Positions 46,183 to 55,123 of a stretch of DNA of 64,000 nucleotides are shown one piece after another. The notes under the pieces are model-generated. The model had not been told where the DNA came from and did no database searches. It was given only the letters and a program-made list of their open reading frames with translations. The stretch is taken from assembly GCA_964648105.1 (NCBI GenBank), contig CAZYMH010000001.1, forward strand, positions 79,999 through 143,998, in the 5' to 3' direction. The first letter of the stretch is position 1; each line of letters opens with the position of its first letter. A program made the position numbers and the translations under genes. The DNA comes from an uncultured Candidatus Saccharibacteria bacterium (GTDB lineage: Bacteria; Patescibacteriota; Saccharimonadia; Saccharimonadales; 2-12-FULL-41-12).

Positions 46183-46545
46183 ATGGCAAAAGTCGCGATT
46201 ATCGAAGATGATTCTGCAATAAGTCAGATGTACCGCATCAAGTTTGAGGCGGAAGGCTATGATGTCGAAACCGCCGAAAATGGCAAACTTGGACTAGCTT
46301 TAATCGAAAACATGAAACCAGATATTGTCCTATTGGACTTGATGATGCCCGAGATGAACGGCCAAGATATGCTGGAGAAGCTGCGTGAGACCGAAGATGG
46401 CCAAAATATGAAAGTAATTATTCTGACTAATGCTGGCGAGCAAGAAATACCTGAAAAAGTTCGGCAATTTAACCCTGTGGCGGTAATTTTGAAAGCCGAT
46501 ATGACTCCTCGGCAAGTAGCAGATTTAGTAAAATCTCATCTATAA
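46183..46545 (+). CDS. single-domain response regulator (receiver only)
   Basis: VAIIEDD, VLLDLMMPEMNG, ILTNAG, ILKA. 120 aa. Confidence 0.85.
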   Translation: MAKVAIIEDDSAISQMYRIKFEAEGYDVETAENGKLGLALIENMKPDIVLLDLMMPEMNGQDMLEKLRETEDGQNMKVIILTNAGEQEIPEKVRQFNPVAVILKADMTPRQVADLVKSHL

Positions 46546-46547
46546 AT

Positions 46548-47849
46548 ATGAAGATTGCAATTGTCGGCTACGCCACTGAAGGACGAGTGAGTTATGAATT
46601 TTTTAATACTCGTGGGCATGATGTAACAATTTGCGATAAACGTACGGTGCAAGACGCTCCAAAAGGTGCGAAAACTATTTGCGGCGATGATTGGAACAAA
46701 AATTTAAGCCAATATGATGTGATTGTACGTTCGGCTGGTATTAATCCGTCTCTGTTAATCCAGGATAACCCTGATATTGAACACAAAATTACTACGGCGA
46801 TAAATGAATTCTTAAAAGTCTGCCCTACTAAAAATATAATTGGCGTGACTGGCACCAAAGGCAAAGGCACCACCTCTACCCTGATTGCAAAAATGCTCGA
46901 GCAGGCGAACAAAAAAGTTTGGTTAGCTGGTAATATCGGCCGATCACCACTCGAGTTTGTCGACCAAATAACAGATGATGATTATGTTGTCTTAGAACTG
47001 AGCAGTTTTCAGCTATGTGACATAAAATACGCACCACATGTGATGGTCTGTTTGATGGTTGTCCCAGAACATTTGGATTGGCACGAAAATATTGAAGATT
47101 ATTATAATGCCAAAGCCAATGTTTTTGCTCATCAAAAACGCGACGATATCGCAATTTATTTGGCTGAAAATAATAATTCTTATGAAATTGCCAGCAAAAG
47201 CTTGGGTCAAAAAATAGTATATTATGCTCAACCAGGAGCATATATTGAAGATGATCAGATAAAAATTGATAATCAAGTAATATGTAACGTTGCTGACGTA
47301 AAATTATTAGGCGATCATAACCTCCAAAATATATGTGCAGCAATAACAGCAGTCTGGCAAACAAATAATTGCGATATTGTCGCAATAAAAAACGTAATTG
47401 CAAATTTTAGTGGCTTGCCGTATCGCCTTGAGAAAGTTCGAGAGCTACAAGGAGTCAGTTATTATAATGATTCATTCGGCACCACTCCAGAAACCGCTCA
47501 AGTAGCTATAGAGTCGTTTACGCAGCCACTTGTTTTGATTGTCGGAGGTTCAGATAAGGGTGTCTCATTCGATGAACTCGCTCAGACTATAGCTAGCTCA
47601 ACCGTACATACACTAATTACGATAGGTGTAACTGGGCCATGGATTGCCGAAAAAGTTAAGCGATTAAACCCGAATATAAAAATCACCGAAAACCTCAGTA
47701 AAATGCCTGAAATAGTCAAAAAAGCTCAAGAATCATCTACAGAGGGTGACGTTGTTCTGCTATCGTGTGGTTCGGCGAGTTTTGGCTTGTTCGAAAATTA
47801 CAAAGACAGAGGCGATCAGTTTAATCGAGCTGTCCAAGAACTTGTTTAA
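46548..47849 (+). CDS. murD: UDP-N-acetylmuramoylalanine--D-glutamate ligase
   Basis: GVTGTKGKGTTS P-loop and Mur ligase middle/C-domains (GDHNLQN, VGGSDKG). Confidence 0.9.
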   Translation: MKIAIVGYATEGRVSYEFFNTRGHDVTICDKRTVQDAPKGAKTICGDDWNKNLSQYDVIVRSAGINPSLLIQDNPDIEHKITTAINEFLKVCPTKNIIGVTGTKGKGTTSTLIAKMLEQANKKVWLAGNIGRSPLEFVDQITDDDYVVLELSSFQLCDIKYAPHVMVCLMVVPEHLDWHENIEDYYNAKANVFAHQKRDDIAIYLAENNNSYEIASKSLGQKIVYYAQPGAYIEDDQIKIDNQVICNVADVKLLGDHNLQNICAAITAVWQTNNCDIVAIKNVIANFSGLPYRLEKVRELQGVSYYNDSFGTTPETAQVAIESFTQPLVLIVGGSDKGVSFDELAQTIASSTVHTLITIGVTGPWIAEKVKRLNPNIKITENLSKMPEIVKKAQESSTEGDVVLLSCGSASFGLFENYKDRGDQFNRAVQELV

Positions 47850-48492
47850 GTCGATTTACAATCGCGTCTTCTGGTTGAAGGATAGCTATGTTTTCAGACC
47901 CAAGCGTGCGGATATCTTTTTCAATCCAATGATAATGTGTACAACCTAGAACAATTACATCGGCATTTGATTTTTTGATAAATTCGACTGTTTTGGCGAT
48001 TTTGGCGTGACTTATTTGGTTATTTTCTATCATGGCCGCCCACTGACTACAATCTGGCTCAATTATTGTAATGCCTTTTGCATATAAATCTTTAAGCTCC
48101 TGATAGCGTTTACTTTTTAGGGTCGATGGAGTGGCACAAACCGCAATAACTTTGGATTTGGTAAGCAAAGAAGCAGGCTTAATCATTGGTTCGAGTCCAA
48201 TAATCGGCACAGTTATAAACTCCCTTAGATCTTGAATTATGTTAGTGGTAACGGTGTTACAAGCCACAACAATTACGTCACAAGATTTACTTAACGTGTT
48301 AAGTATTGGTAGAACAATCTTCAGTAACTCATCTGGGGATTTATTGCCGTATGGTAAATTTTGAGCGTCTCTCTCGAAAATAACATCTAGGCCTGGAAAA
48401 TTATCAGATATAGCTTTGGCTACCGACTTCCCGCCTACGCCAGAGTCAAATACGCCAACAGTTAGTTTTTTAGGCATTGGTTTTGGCAGCAT
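47821..48492 (-). CDS. murI: glutamate racemase
   Basis: VFDSGVGG, VVACNT and LGCTHY catalytic Cys motifs. Confidence 0.9.
   Translation of the reverse strand: MLPKPMPKKLTVGVFDSGVGGKSVAKAISDNFPGLDVIFERDAQNLPYGNKSPDELLKIVLPILNTLSKSCDVIVVACNTVTTNIIQDLREFITVPIIGLEPMIKPASLLTKSKVIAVCATPSTLKSKRYQELKDLYAKGITIIEPDCSQWAAMIENNQISHAKIAKTVEFIKKSNADVIVLGCTHYHWIEKDIRTLGSENIAILQPEDAIVNRLKQVLGQLD
48288..48305 (-). repeat. 18-nt near-palindrome, copy 3 (inside murI, encodes ILNTLS)
   Basis: The plus strand reads TACTTAACGTGTTAAGTA. The murI sense strand reads ATA CTT AAC ACG TTA AGT. Confidence 0.95.
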
Positions 48493-49273
48493 TTATAACA
48501 TTTTCGAACAAGGCACAAACTGTTAGTGGTCCGACACCGCCTTTTTGAGGAGTAATCGTAATATCAGGCAACTCATACATACTAGAGTGAACATCACCCA
48601 CGGTCTTGCCGTCTTCGCTAGCTACCCCAGCATCGACAATTACTGCCTCTGACTTGACCATATCAGGATATAAAATTGCCGGTGAGCCAGTCGCGGTGAT
48701 AATAACATCAGCTCTTGTAGTGCATTCGGCTAAATTTTGAGTGGCTCTATCGGCTACTTCAACGTTATAACCCGATGATTTCAGAATTTTCTCAAGTGGT
48801 TGACCAACTAATTTACCTCTCCCTATTAATAAAATCTGCTTGCCTACTAGATCTACGTTGTAGCCTGCCAACAGCCACAAAATTGCCATCGGTGTAGCTG
48901 GCTGCATTGTTGAACCAACTCCTAAAGCATCGACGTCTTTGGAAGGTAAAACTTGGTTGCATAACTCATCAGTTTGAGTTGGATCGCTGATAGGTAGTTG
49001 CAAAATAATCCCATGAATATTTTTGTCATTATTAAGTCGTTTAATAACTTCAGACGTATCGACCTGCTCAATCAATAAATGCTCCACTTCTACACCGATA
49101 TCTACGCCGTACTTTTTCTTGAGCCGAACGTATGTGTCAATCACTGGGTCAGGCTTGGTCTGAATAATCGCTAGTTTAGGTGTAATTTTACTGTTAACTA
49201 CCAAGCTTCTGACTTGCTTGGCTTGACGTTCTTTGATAAATCCTGCTAGTTCTAGACCATTCAATAGTTTCAT
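48470..49273 (-). CDS. folD: bifunctional methylenetetrahydrofolate dehydrogenase/cyclohydrolase
   Basis: LAIIQTKPDPVIDTYVRLKKK, GIILQLP, PATP, GRGKLVG, GGVGP. Confidence 0.9.
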   Translation of the reverse strand: MKLLNGLELAGFIKERQAKQVRSLVVNSKITPKLAIIQTKPDPVIDTYVRLKKKYGVDIGVEVEHLLIEQVDTSEVIKRLNNDKNIHGIILQLPISDPTQTDELCNQVLPSKDVDALGVGSTMQPATPMAILWLLAGYNVDLVGKQILLIGRGKLVGQPLEKILKSSGYNVEVADRATQNLAECTTRADVIITATGSPAILYPDMVKSEAVIVDAGVASEDGKTVGDVHSSMYELPDITITPQKGGVGPLTVCALFENVINAAKTNA

Positions 49274-49333
49274 ATCTATCCATTTTACCTCAATAAAATT
49301 AAAGATTCGACTATTTTATGTTAAATTTAAAAT

Positions 49334-49960
49334 ATGAAAATTGCCGTTATTGCCGCCAATGGACGAACGGGCGTAGAATTTGTACAGATGGCTCTCGAGG
49401 CAAATCATGTGGTAAAAGCGGGTATTAGGGGGAAAAATAATCTACCTAAACATCCAAGCCTAGAAGTAGTTAACTGCGATGCAACCGATAAATACGAGGT
49501 ACTTGGGCTAATTTCTGGCGTAGATGCAGTAGCGAGTTTTATTGGTCATACCAAAAATTCGATAGATGACCTACAGACAACAACTATCAAAAACGTTATC
49601 TCAGCCTGCGAAAAAAACCAAGTGAAAAGACTGGTGAGTTTAACAGGCACAGGCGTAAGACAACAAGATGATAAAATCACTTTTTTAGACAAACTGCTCA
49701 ATTTTGGAGTTTTGCTAGTCGATCGAAAGCGAGTTGTCGATGGCAGAGATCATGTCCGTGAACTCGAAAAAAGTGAACTTGATTATACAGTTCTAAGAGT
49801 ACTGAAGCTAACAAATGGCGAATTTAAAGACTATAAATTATCCAAAAATGGCCCAGCTATGAGCTTTGTACCACGTAAAACAGCGGCCAATGCGGCCATG
49901 CGAGTTATAGAAAAGTCACTATATATAAGAGACTTACCGATAATCACCGATAAAAACTAG
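49334..49960 (+). CDS. NAD(P)H-binding Rossmann protein (NmrA/atypical SDR-like)
   Basis: N-terminal MKIAVIAANGRTG glycine-rich loop. 208 aa. Confidence 0.65.
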   Translation: MKIAVIAANGRTGVEFVQMALEANHVVKAGIRGKNNLPKHPSLEVVNCDATDKYEVLGLISGVDAVASFIGHTKNSIDDLQTTTIKNVISACEKNQVKRLVSLTGTGVRQQDDKITFLDKLLNFGVLLVDRKRVVDGRDHVRELEKSELDYTVLRVLKLTNGEFKDYKLSKNGPAMSFVPRKTAANAAMRVIEKSLYIRDLPIITDKN

Positions 49961-50001
49961 ATTTCTATAACCATATGTATAAAAATTAAAGTATTATTTT
50001 T

Positions 50002-50604
50002 TTAAATTTTATTGAGATACAATTTATTAGTCAGAGCATACTTTAAAACATCTGTAGGTAATAAATCTTTATTAATATCATCAAGAATATTTGATCGGAC
50101 AAAACTTGATGAGGCTAAATTTAAAAATTTATTTGGAGAAATTTTCGAAACATATATATTATTCAAAAATGCATTATTTACTTTTTTCTTATTAAAAACT
50201 TGTGTCTGACGAGGGAATATATAAAATTCGGTTAGTTTGGCAAATTTTTCTGCGTCTTTCCATTTTGGAAAGTTAGCAAATGTATCGGACCCCATAATCA
50301 TCATATAGTGATTCTGAGGATATAGTTCTATTAATTCTTTTAGTGCTGAAATATCATAATTTTTGCCATGCTTTTGCATGTCTAATTTATCAACAATCAT
50401 AAAATCATATTTTTTAGTTGCTAATTTTAGCATATTTAGGCGATGACTATAATCGGTCACATTATGTTTAAATTTAGGAGTTAGTTCTGGCAAAAACCAT
50501 ATTTCGTCTAAATTTAGCTCTTTATAAGCAGTCTTAGCAATGAGTATATGCCCATTGTGGACAGGGTCAAAAGTTCCCCCAAATAAACCGATTTTTTTGC
50601 TCAT
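50002..50604 (-). CDS. nadD: nicotinate-nucleotide adenylyltransferase
   Basis: GLFGGTFDPVHNGH nucleotidyltransferase motif and a C-terminal SSSFVR region. Confidence 0.88.
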   Translation of the reverse strand: MSKKIGLFGGTFDPVHNGHILIAKTAYKELNLDEIWFLPELTPKFKHNVTDYSHRLNMLKLATKKYDFMIVDKLDMQKHGKNYDISALKELIELYPQNHYMMIMGSDTFANFPKWKDAEKFAKLTEFYIFPRQTQVFNKKKVNNAFLNNIYVSKISPNKFLNLASSSFVRSNILDDINKDLLPTDVLKYALTNKLYLNKI

Positions 50605-50661
50605 TAGGCTTTATTATATAAAAAAACACCACTTTTTGTGTAAAAGTGATGAAAATAATAT

Positions 50662-50738
50662 TGGTACCCTGGGAGGGACTCGAACCCCCGGCACGCGGGA
50701 TAGAAGCCCGCTGCTCTAATCCACTGAGCTACCAGGGC
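50662..50738 (-). tRNA. tRNA-Arg(UCU)
   Basis: Cloverleaf: D-arm GCTC-AGTGGATTA-GAGC, anticodon loop CTTCTAT, T-arm GGGGG-TTCGAGT-CCCTC, encoded CCA. 77 nt. Confidence 0.88.
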
Positions 50739-50878
50739 ATGCTTGTAAATATTTTAACATAAAACCGGGTGTTCGAGTCGCTGACTCGACTCACGTTTCA
50801 CGCGAGCCCTTCGCCACATCTTTGCAAAATCAGTTTGCAAGAGTGGACTCCCTTGCGATATGCCACAGGCATATCTCA

Positions 50879-50937
50879 CCCCGGCACGCGGGATAGAAGC
50901 CCGCTGCTCTAATCCGTCTCGAGCTACCAGGGCATGC
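50879..50937 (-). pseudogene. truncated second copy of tRNA-Arg(UCU) (5' two-thirds plus 4 nt of upstream flank)
   Basis: Matches the 50662-50738 gene from the 5' flank GCAT through acceptor, D-arm (D-loop diverged: GAGACGGATTA), anticodon arm and variable loop up to CCGGGG. No matching 3' acceptor strand follows. Confidence 0.6.
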
Positions 50938-50952
50938 CGATAATAATTATTG

Positions 50953-51027
50953 TGGTGCGGGTGGCGGGAGTCTAACCCGCGTCGCCTGCTTGGAAGGCAG
51001 GAATAATAAACGTTATACCACACCCGC
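50953..51027 (-). tRNA. tRNA-Gly(UCC), atypical D- and T-loops
   Basis: GCGGGTG/CACCCGC acceptor, anticodon arm CCTGC-CTTCCAA-GCAGG, T-arm GCGGG-TTAGACT-CCCGC, encoded CCA. The D-region TGGTATAACGTTTATTATT lacks the GG dinucleotide. Confidence 0.75.
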
Positions 51028-51078
51028 ATAGGTAATGGGATTTTTCAATTGTAACACAATTACCTCTGTAAATAAAAA

Positions 51079-52101
51079 TTAATATCCACCGATTAGTGCA
51101 ATTAGTATGCCTAAATACGCACAAAATAAGCCAAGTACCCAAAACCGCATGGTGACTTTAGTCTTTGGCCAGCCAAGAGCCTCTAAATGATGATGGATTG
51201 GTGCCGCGATAAAAACTTTTCGGCCTCGATACTTCTTGGATAAAATCTGAATTAAACTTGTACCAGCTTCCATAACAAATACAAAACCGATGATTGGCAG
51301 TAAAAATATTGTATCTGTTAGCATGGCTACAACTCCCAAAGATGTTCCCAGTGCAAATGACCCTACATCGCCCATAAAGAAGCGAGCTGGCGGGATGTTA
51401 AACCAAACATACGACATCAATGCACCAGTGACAGTTAAACAATATGCAGCAATGCCTATATTGCCTTGTAAAGCCGCAATAATCCCAAAAGCAGTGTAGG
51501 AAATCATTAATAATCCACCAGCAAGCCCATCGAGGCCGTCGCTGATATTTACAGCGTTAGAAGTACTAACTACTGCTAAAACGAATAGAGGCATAATCAA
51601 CCAACCTAATCCAAAATCGCCTACATAAGGCAAGTGAATCGAGTCATAACCTAGTTTATAGAAGAAAAACCAAGCTCCCAAAATGCCAACAATCGTTATC
51701 AGACCAAATTTTAATTTAGAATGCAAACCAGCTACACCAGTACCGTCACTTCTTACGTTAATAATATCGTCTAAAAGTCCAACAAATCCGCCGCCAATAA
51801 GTGCAGCTAGTGGTAGCCAAGTTTGCTCACGAGACGAATTAAAAATCAAAGTCAATAATGCAACCGATATAACTACAATTAACCCCGCCATATTTGGCAC
51901 ATTGTTTCTACCCAAACTTTGCTTAGCGATGACAGTTAGCTTCTCGCCAGTTACAGCGGTTGTGCGACCCTTTTTCCACCACTTATATTTAAATGCAAAC
52001 ATAGTATAAAGTGGTGTAATCGTCATGGAAATAAGAAAGCCTAGCGTACCTAAAATCAAGGCTTTGACTAAGCCATCTGTCAAAATACTATTATCAATCA
52101 T
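51079..52101 (-). CDS. mraY: phospho-N-acetylmuramoyl-pentapeptide transferase
   Basis: Ten-TM-like profile. Motifs NAVNISDGLDGLA, FMGDVGS and APIHHH. Confidence 0.92.
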   Translation of the reverse strand: MIDNSILTDGLVKALILGTLGFLISMTITPLYTMFAFKYKWWKKGRTTAVTGEKLTVIAKQSLGRNNVPNMAGLIVVISVALLTLIFNSSREQTWLPLAALIGGGFVGLLDDIINVRSDGTGVAGLHSKLKFGLITIVGILGAWFFFYKLGYDSIHLPYVGDFGLGWLIMPLFVLAVVSTSNAVNISDGLDGLAGGLLMISYTAFGIIAALQGNIGIAAYCLTVTGALMSYVWFNIPPARFFMGDVGSFALGTSLGVVAMLTDTIFLLPIIGFVFVMEAGTSLIQILSKKYRGRKVFIAAPIHHHLEALGWPKTKVTMRFWVLGLFCAYLGILIALIGGY

Positions 52102-52176
52102 TTATTATGTTCATTATTCGATTACTAAAACTCATTTTTTTATTCTAGCATAAGCTAATAAAATCGTTGCTAACAA

Positions 52177-53700
52177 TTATATCCCAGTCATTATGTCGAT
52201 TTTTGCACCCAAACTATTCAGTCGTTTGGCAATATCTTCATAACCTCTGTTGATCACATAAACATTCCTGAGCATCGAGACACCATCAGCACACAACATG
52301 CCGATTAATAGCAAGCTAGCAGGACGTAACGCTGGTGGGCAAATAACATCGGCGTTAAGCCATTTGGTTGGACCATTGATATAAATCCTATGCCGATCAG
52401 CTAATTCAACATTCATACCAACTTTCGACATTTCGGTATAGTAAATTGCTCGGTTTTCAAACATCCAGTCATGAATCAATACTCGGCCCTTCGACGTACC
52501 GCAAATTGGAACAAAATATGGGATATTATCTGGGTTGATACCTGGCCATAAATTAGGATGAAGTTTCTCGGCAGGTGACTTAAGTTTATGATTGTGTTTC
52601 AAAATTTTAATATCAGCTAATTCAGTTGAGCCATTATCAGACATATAGGTGTTTAAAATTTTGTATTCTAAGCCCATTTTTTTAAGTTTTAAAAGCTCCA
52701 AACCAATCCAGCGGTGCGGTGTCTTTTTGATAGTAATCGATGAATTTGTAGCGATCGCTGCCGAGATAAAAAACATAGCTTCGATTGGATCTTCGGTGTG
52801 AGAAAAATCAACATTTCGCTTAATATTTTTTTTGCCAGTAATTTTGAGGACTGGCGTACCAATACCCTCAATCTTGACACCTAAAGCCACTAAGAAATGA
52901 CATAAATCTTGGACCATATAGTCAGCACTAGCTCCCTGTATAGTGGTAGTTGCTTCGCAACCCGCGGCAGCGATAAGAGCATTGTTAGTCACGGTATTGC
53001 CAGCTTCGTATAAAACAATATAGCCTGGATTTTTGAGTTTTTTGACATGAGCATGATAAAAATCGTTTTTTGTATCTACCTCTAAACCAAACTCTTCGAG
53101 AGCATACAGATGAGGCCGAACAGTTCGATCGCCTAATTTACAACCACCAGCGTATGGCAATTTGAAATCTTTGTACTGTTGCATGAGCGGCCCAAGCAAC
53201 ATAATTATACTTCGAGTTTTTTTAGCCGATTCGATATTGATATTTTCTAGATTTAGTTTTTGTGGCCGCCGAAGTTCAAGATCAGAATCATTCCATTTGA
53301 CTGTAATCCCAATACTCTCTAAAACTTCCAAAATCCGATAAACTTCCTCAATTTTAGGCACTGATCTAAGTTTAGTTGTACCGAAGTTTAGTAAGCTAGC
53401 ACACAAAATCGCTACAGCCGAATTTTTACTCTTTTTTAATTCAACGCTACCGCTTAGCTCAGTTTTACCAGTTATTCTCAAGCTGACCGAACCACTACGA
53501 TTTATGCTTATCAATTGCTTATTCAAAACATCGCTAATTCGGCCTAAAGTTTCTAGACTTAGATTTTGCTGACCTTTTTCGATCCGATTTATAGCTGACT
53601 GACTTGTTCCCAGTCGTCTAGCAAATTCTGCTTGTGTCAAACCACGTTCTTGTCTTATTTGATAAATTAATTGGCCAATTTTTTCATTTGAGTAGTTCAT
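52177..53700 (-). CDS. murA: XRE-type HTH domain fused to UDP-N-acetylglucosamine 1-carboxyvinyltransferase
   Basis: Residues 1-65 form a Cro/C1 HTH (RQERGLTQAEFARRLGTSQSAINRIEKGQQN). The rest is MurA (KSKNSAVAILCASLL, active-site loop YAGGCKLGDRTVRPH with Cys retained). 507 aa. Confidence 0.85.
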   Translation of the reverse strand: MNYSNEKIGQLIYQIRQERGLTQAEFARRLGTSQSAINRIEKGQQNLSLETLGRISDVLNKQLISINRSGSVSLRITGKTELSGSVELKKSKNSAVAILCASLLNFGTTKLRSVPKIEEVYRILEVLESIGITVKWNDSDLELRRPQKLNLENINIESAKKTRSIIMLLGPLMQQYKDFKLPYAGGCKLGDRTVRPHLYALEEFGLEVDTKNDFYHAHVKKLKNPGYIVLYEAGNTVTNNALIAAAGCEATTTIQGASADYMVQDLCHFLVALGVKIEGIGTPVLKITGKKNIKRNVDFSHTEDPIEAMFFISAAIATNSSITIKKTPHRWIGLELLKLKKMGLEYKILNTYMSDNGSTELADIKILKHNHKLKSPAEKLHPNLWPGINPDNIPYFVPICGTSKGRVLIHDWMFENRAIYYTEMSKVGMNVELADRHRIYINGPTKWLNADVICPPALRPASLLLIGMLCADGVSMLRNVYVINRGYEDIAKRLNSLGAKIDIMTGI

Positions 53701-53844
53701 ATAGTGCTTATTATATCATTTATGGTCAAGCTAACCATCTTTACTTACGTTGTATTTGTCTATTATTTTAAGCTATAATATTAGCTATTATGGTATAACT
53801 AGAAAATCAAATTTATAGAAACTTACCAAACAAAGGAGACAACC

Positions 53845-55122
53845 ATGACTGATAAACAAGTTGCAGATTTGATTATAAAAGAACAAAAACGCCAAAACGA
53901 AGGTTTAGAATTAATTCCTAGCGAAAATTATGTCAGTAGTGATGTGTTGGAAGCGATGGGCAGTATTTTCACTAACAAATATTCGGAAGGTTACCCAAAT
54001 AAACGCTACTATGGCGGCCAAGAAAATACTGATGCCCTAGAACAATTAGCGATTGATCGAGCCAAAAAACTTTTTGGAGCCGACCATGCTAACGTGCAGC
54101 CCCACTCAGGAGCTCAAGCCAATGAGGCTGTCTATCATGCTTGGCTAGAACCGGGCGATAATGTTTTGGCCATGGATTTAAGCCACGGCGGACACCTAAC
54201 CCACGGAAGTCCTGTAACGGTTTTGGCTCGAACCTATAACTTTATACGATACAAAATGAAGGACCCTGCCACTGGCGAAATTGATTATGAAGAGTTACGC
54301 CGACTGGCCAAAAAGCATAAACCTAAAATTATTCTGGCAGGTTTTAGTGCATACCCTCGGGAGCTCGATTATCAAAAATTTGCCGAAATTGGCAATGAAG
54401 TAGGAGCCTTGCTGGTGGCCGATATGGCTCATGTTGCTGGTTTGATTGCTGGTGGCGTCGCCAAAAACCCGTTTGACTGTGGCTTTCATGTTATCACCGC
54501 AACAACCCATAAAACTCTGCGAGGGCCTAGAGGTGGATTGATTTTGTCGAAAGGCACCGTGTCTAATCCACTAAAAAAACCAGAGAAAACCATCGATAAT
54601 ATTCCAACTTTGATCGACCGCACGGTATTTCCGGGCGTTCAAGGTGGACCTCACATGCATATTATTGCAGCGAAGGCAGTAGCTTTTGGCGAGGCACTAC
54701 AGCCAGAATTTAAGGCGTATGCGGAGCAAACTGTAAAGAATGCCTATGTTTTGGCTGAGGAGCTAAAAAAGCGTGGCTTCAAATTAATTACTGGTGGCAC
54801 GTCTAATCACTTAATTTTGTGTGATATTTATTCTAGTTTTGGGATTGATGGTGATGTAGCCGAAAAAGCACTCGATAAAATCGGTTTAACGCTCAATAAA
54901 AACACTATTGCCGATGACCCTTTGCCGCCATTTAGACCTAGTGGTATTAGGCTAGGAACACCTGCTATAACTACTCGCGGTATGACCGATAAAGACATGA
55001 TTAAAATTGCCGAATGGATGGAAACTGCTATCAAAAATCGCGATAATGAAAAAATACTTAACACGTTAAGTAAAAATGTAAAAGAATTTGCCACGCAATT
55101 TCCTTTGCCAAATACCAAATAA
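53845..55122 (+). CDS. glyA: serine hydroxymethyltransferase
   Basis: LIPSENY, YYGG, SHGGHLTHG, TTHKTLRGPRGG (PLP Lys). SD AAAGGAGA. Confidence 0.95.
   Translation: MTDKQVADLIIKEQKRQNEGLELIPSENYVSSDVLEAMGSIFTNKYSEGYPNKRYYGGQENTDALEQLAIDRAKKLFGADHANVQPHSGAQANEAVYHAWLEPGDNVLAMDLSHGGHLTHGSPVTVLARTYNFIRYKMKDPATGEIDYEELRRLAKKHKPKIILAGFSAYPRELDYQKFAEIGNEVGALLVADMAHVAGLIAGGVAKNPFDCGFHVITATTHKTLRGPRGGLILSKGTVSNPLKKPEKTIDNIPTLIDRTVFPGVQGGPHMHIIAAKAVAFGEALQPEFKAYAEQTVKNAYVLAEELKKRGFKLITGGTSNHLILCDIYSSFGIDGDVAEKALDKIGLTLNKNTIADDPLPPFRPSGIRLGTPAITTRGMTDKDMIKIAEWMETAIKNRDNEKILNTLSKNVKEFATQFPLPNTK
55055..55072 (+). repeat. 18-nt near-palindrome, copy 4 (inside glyA, encodes ILNTLS)
   Basis: Exact TACTTAACACGTTAAGTA, read in frame as ATA CTT AAC ACG TTA AGT. 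Confidence 0.95.
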
Positions 55123-55123
55123 T

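Noticed and set aside
50739-50952. Group I or group II intron within tRNA-Arg
   Set aside because: The anticodon loop of the partial copy is uninterrupted. The insert is only about 140 nt and no 3' exon restoring the acceptor stem follows it.
50754-51029. 91-aa minus-strand ORF
   Set aside because: It runs through tRNA-Gly, the tRNA-Arg fragment and the structured spacer. The translation is low-complexity R/H-rich. I treat it as spurious.
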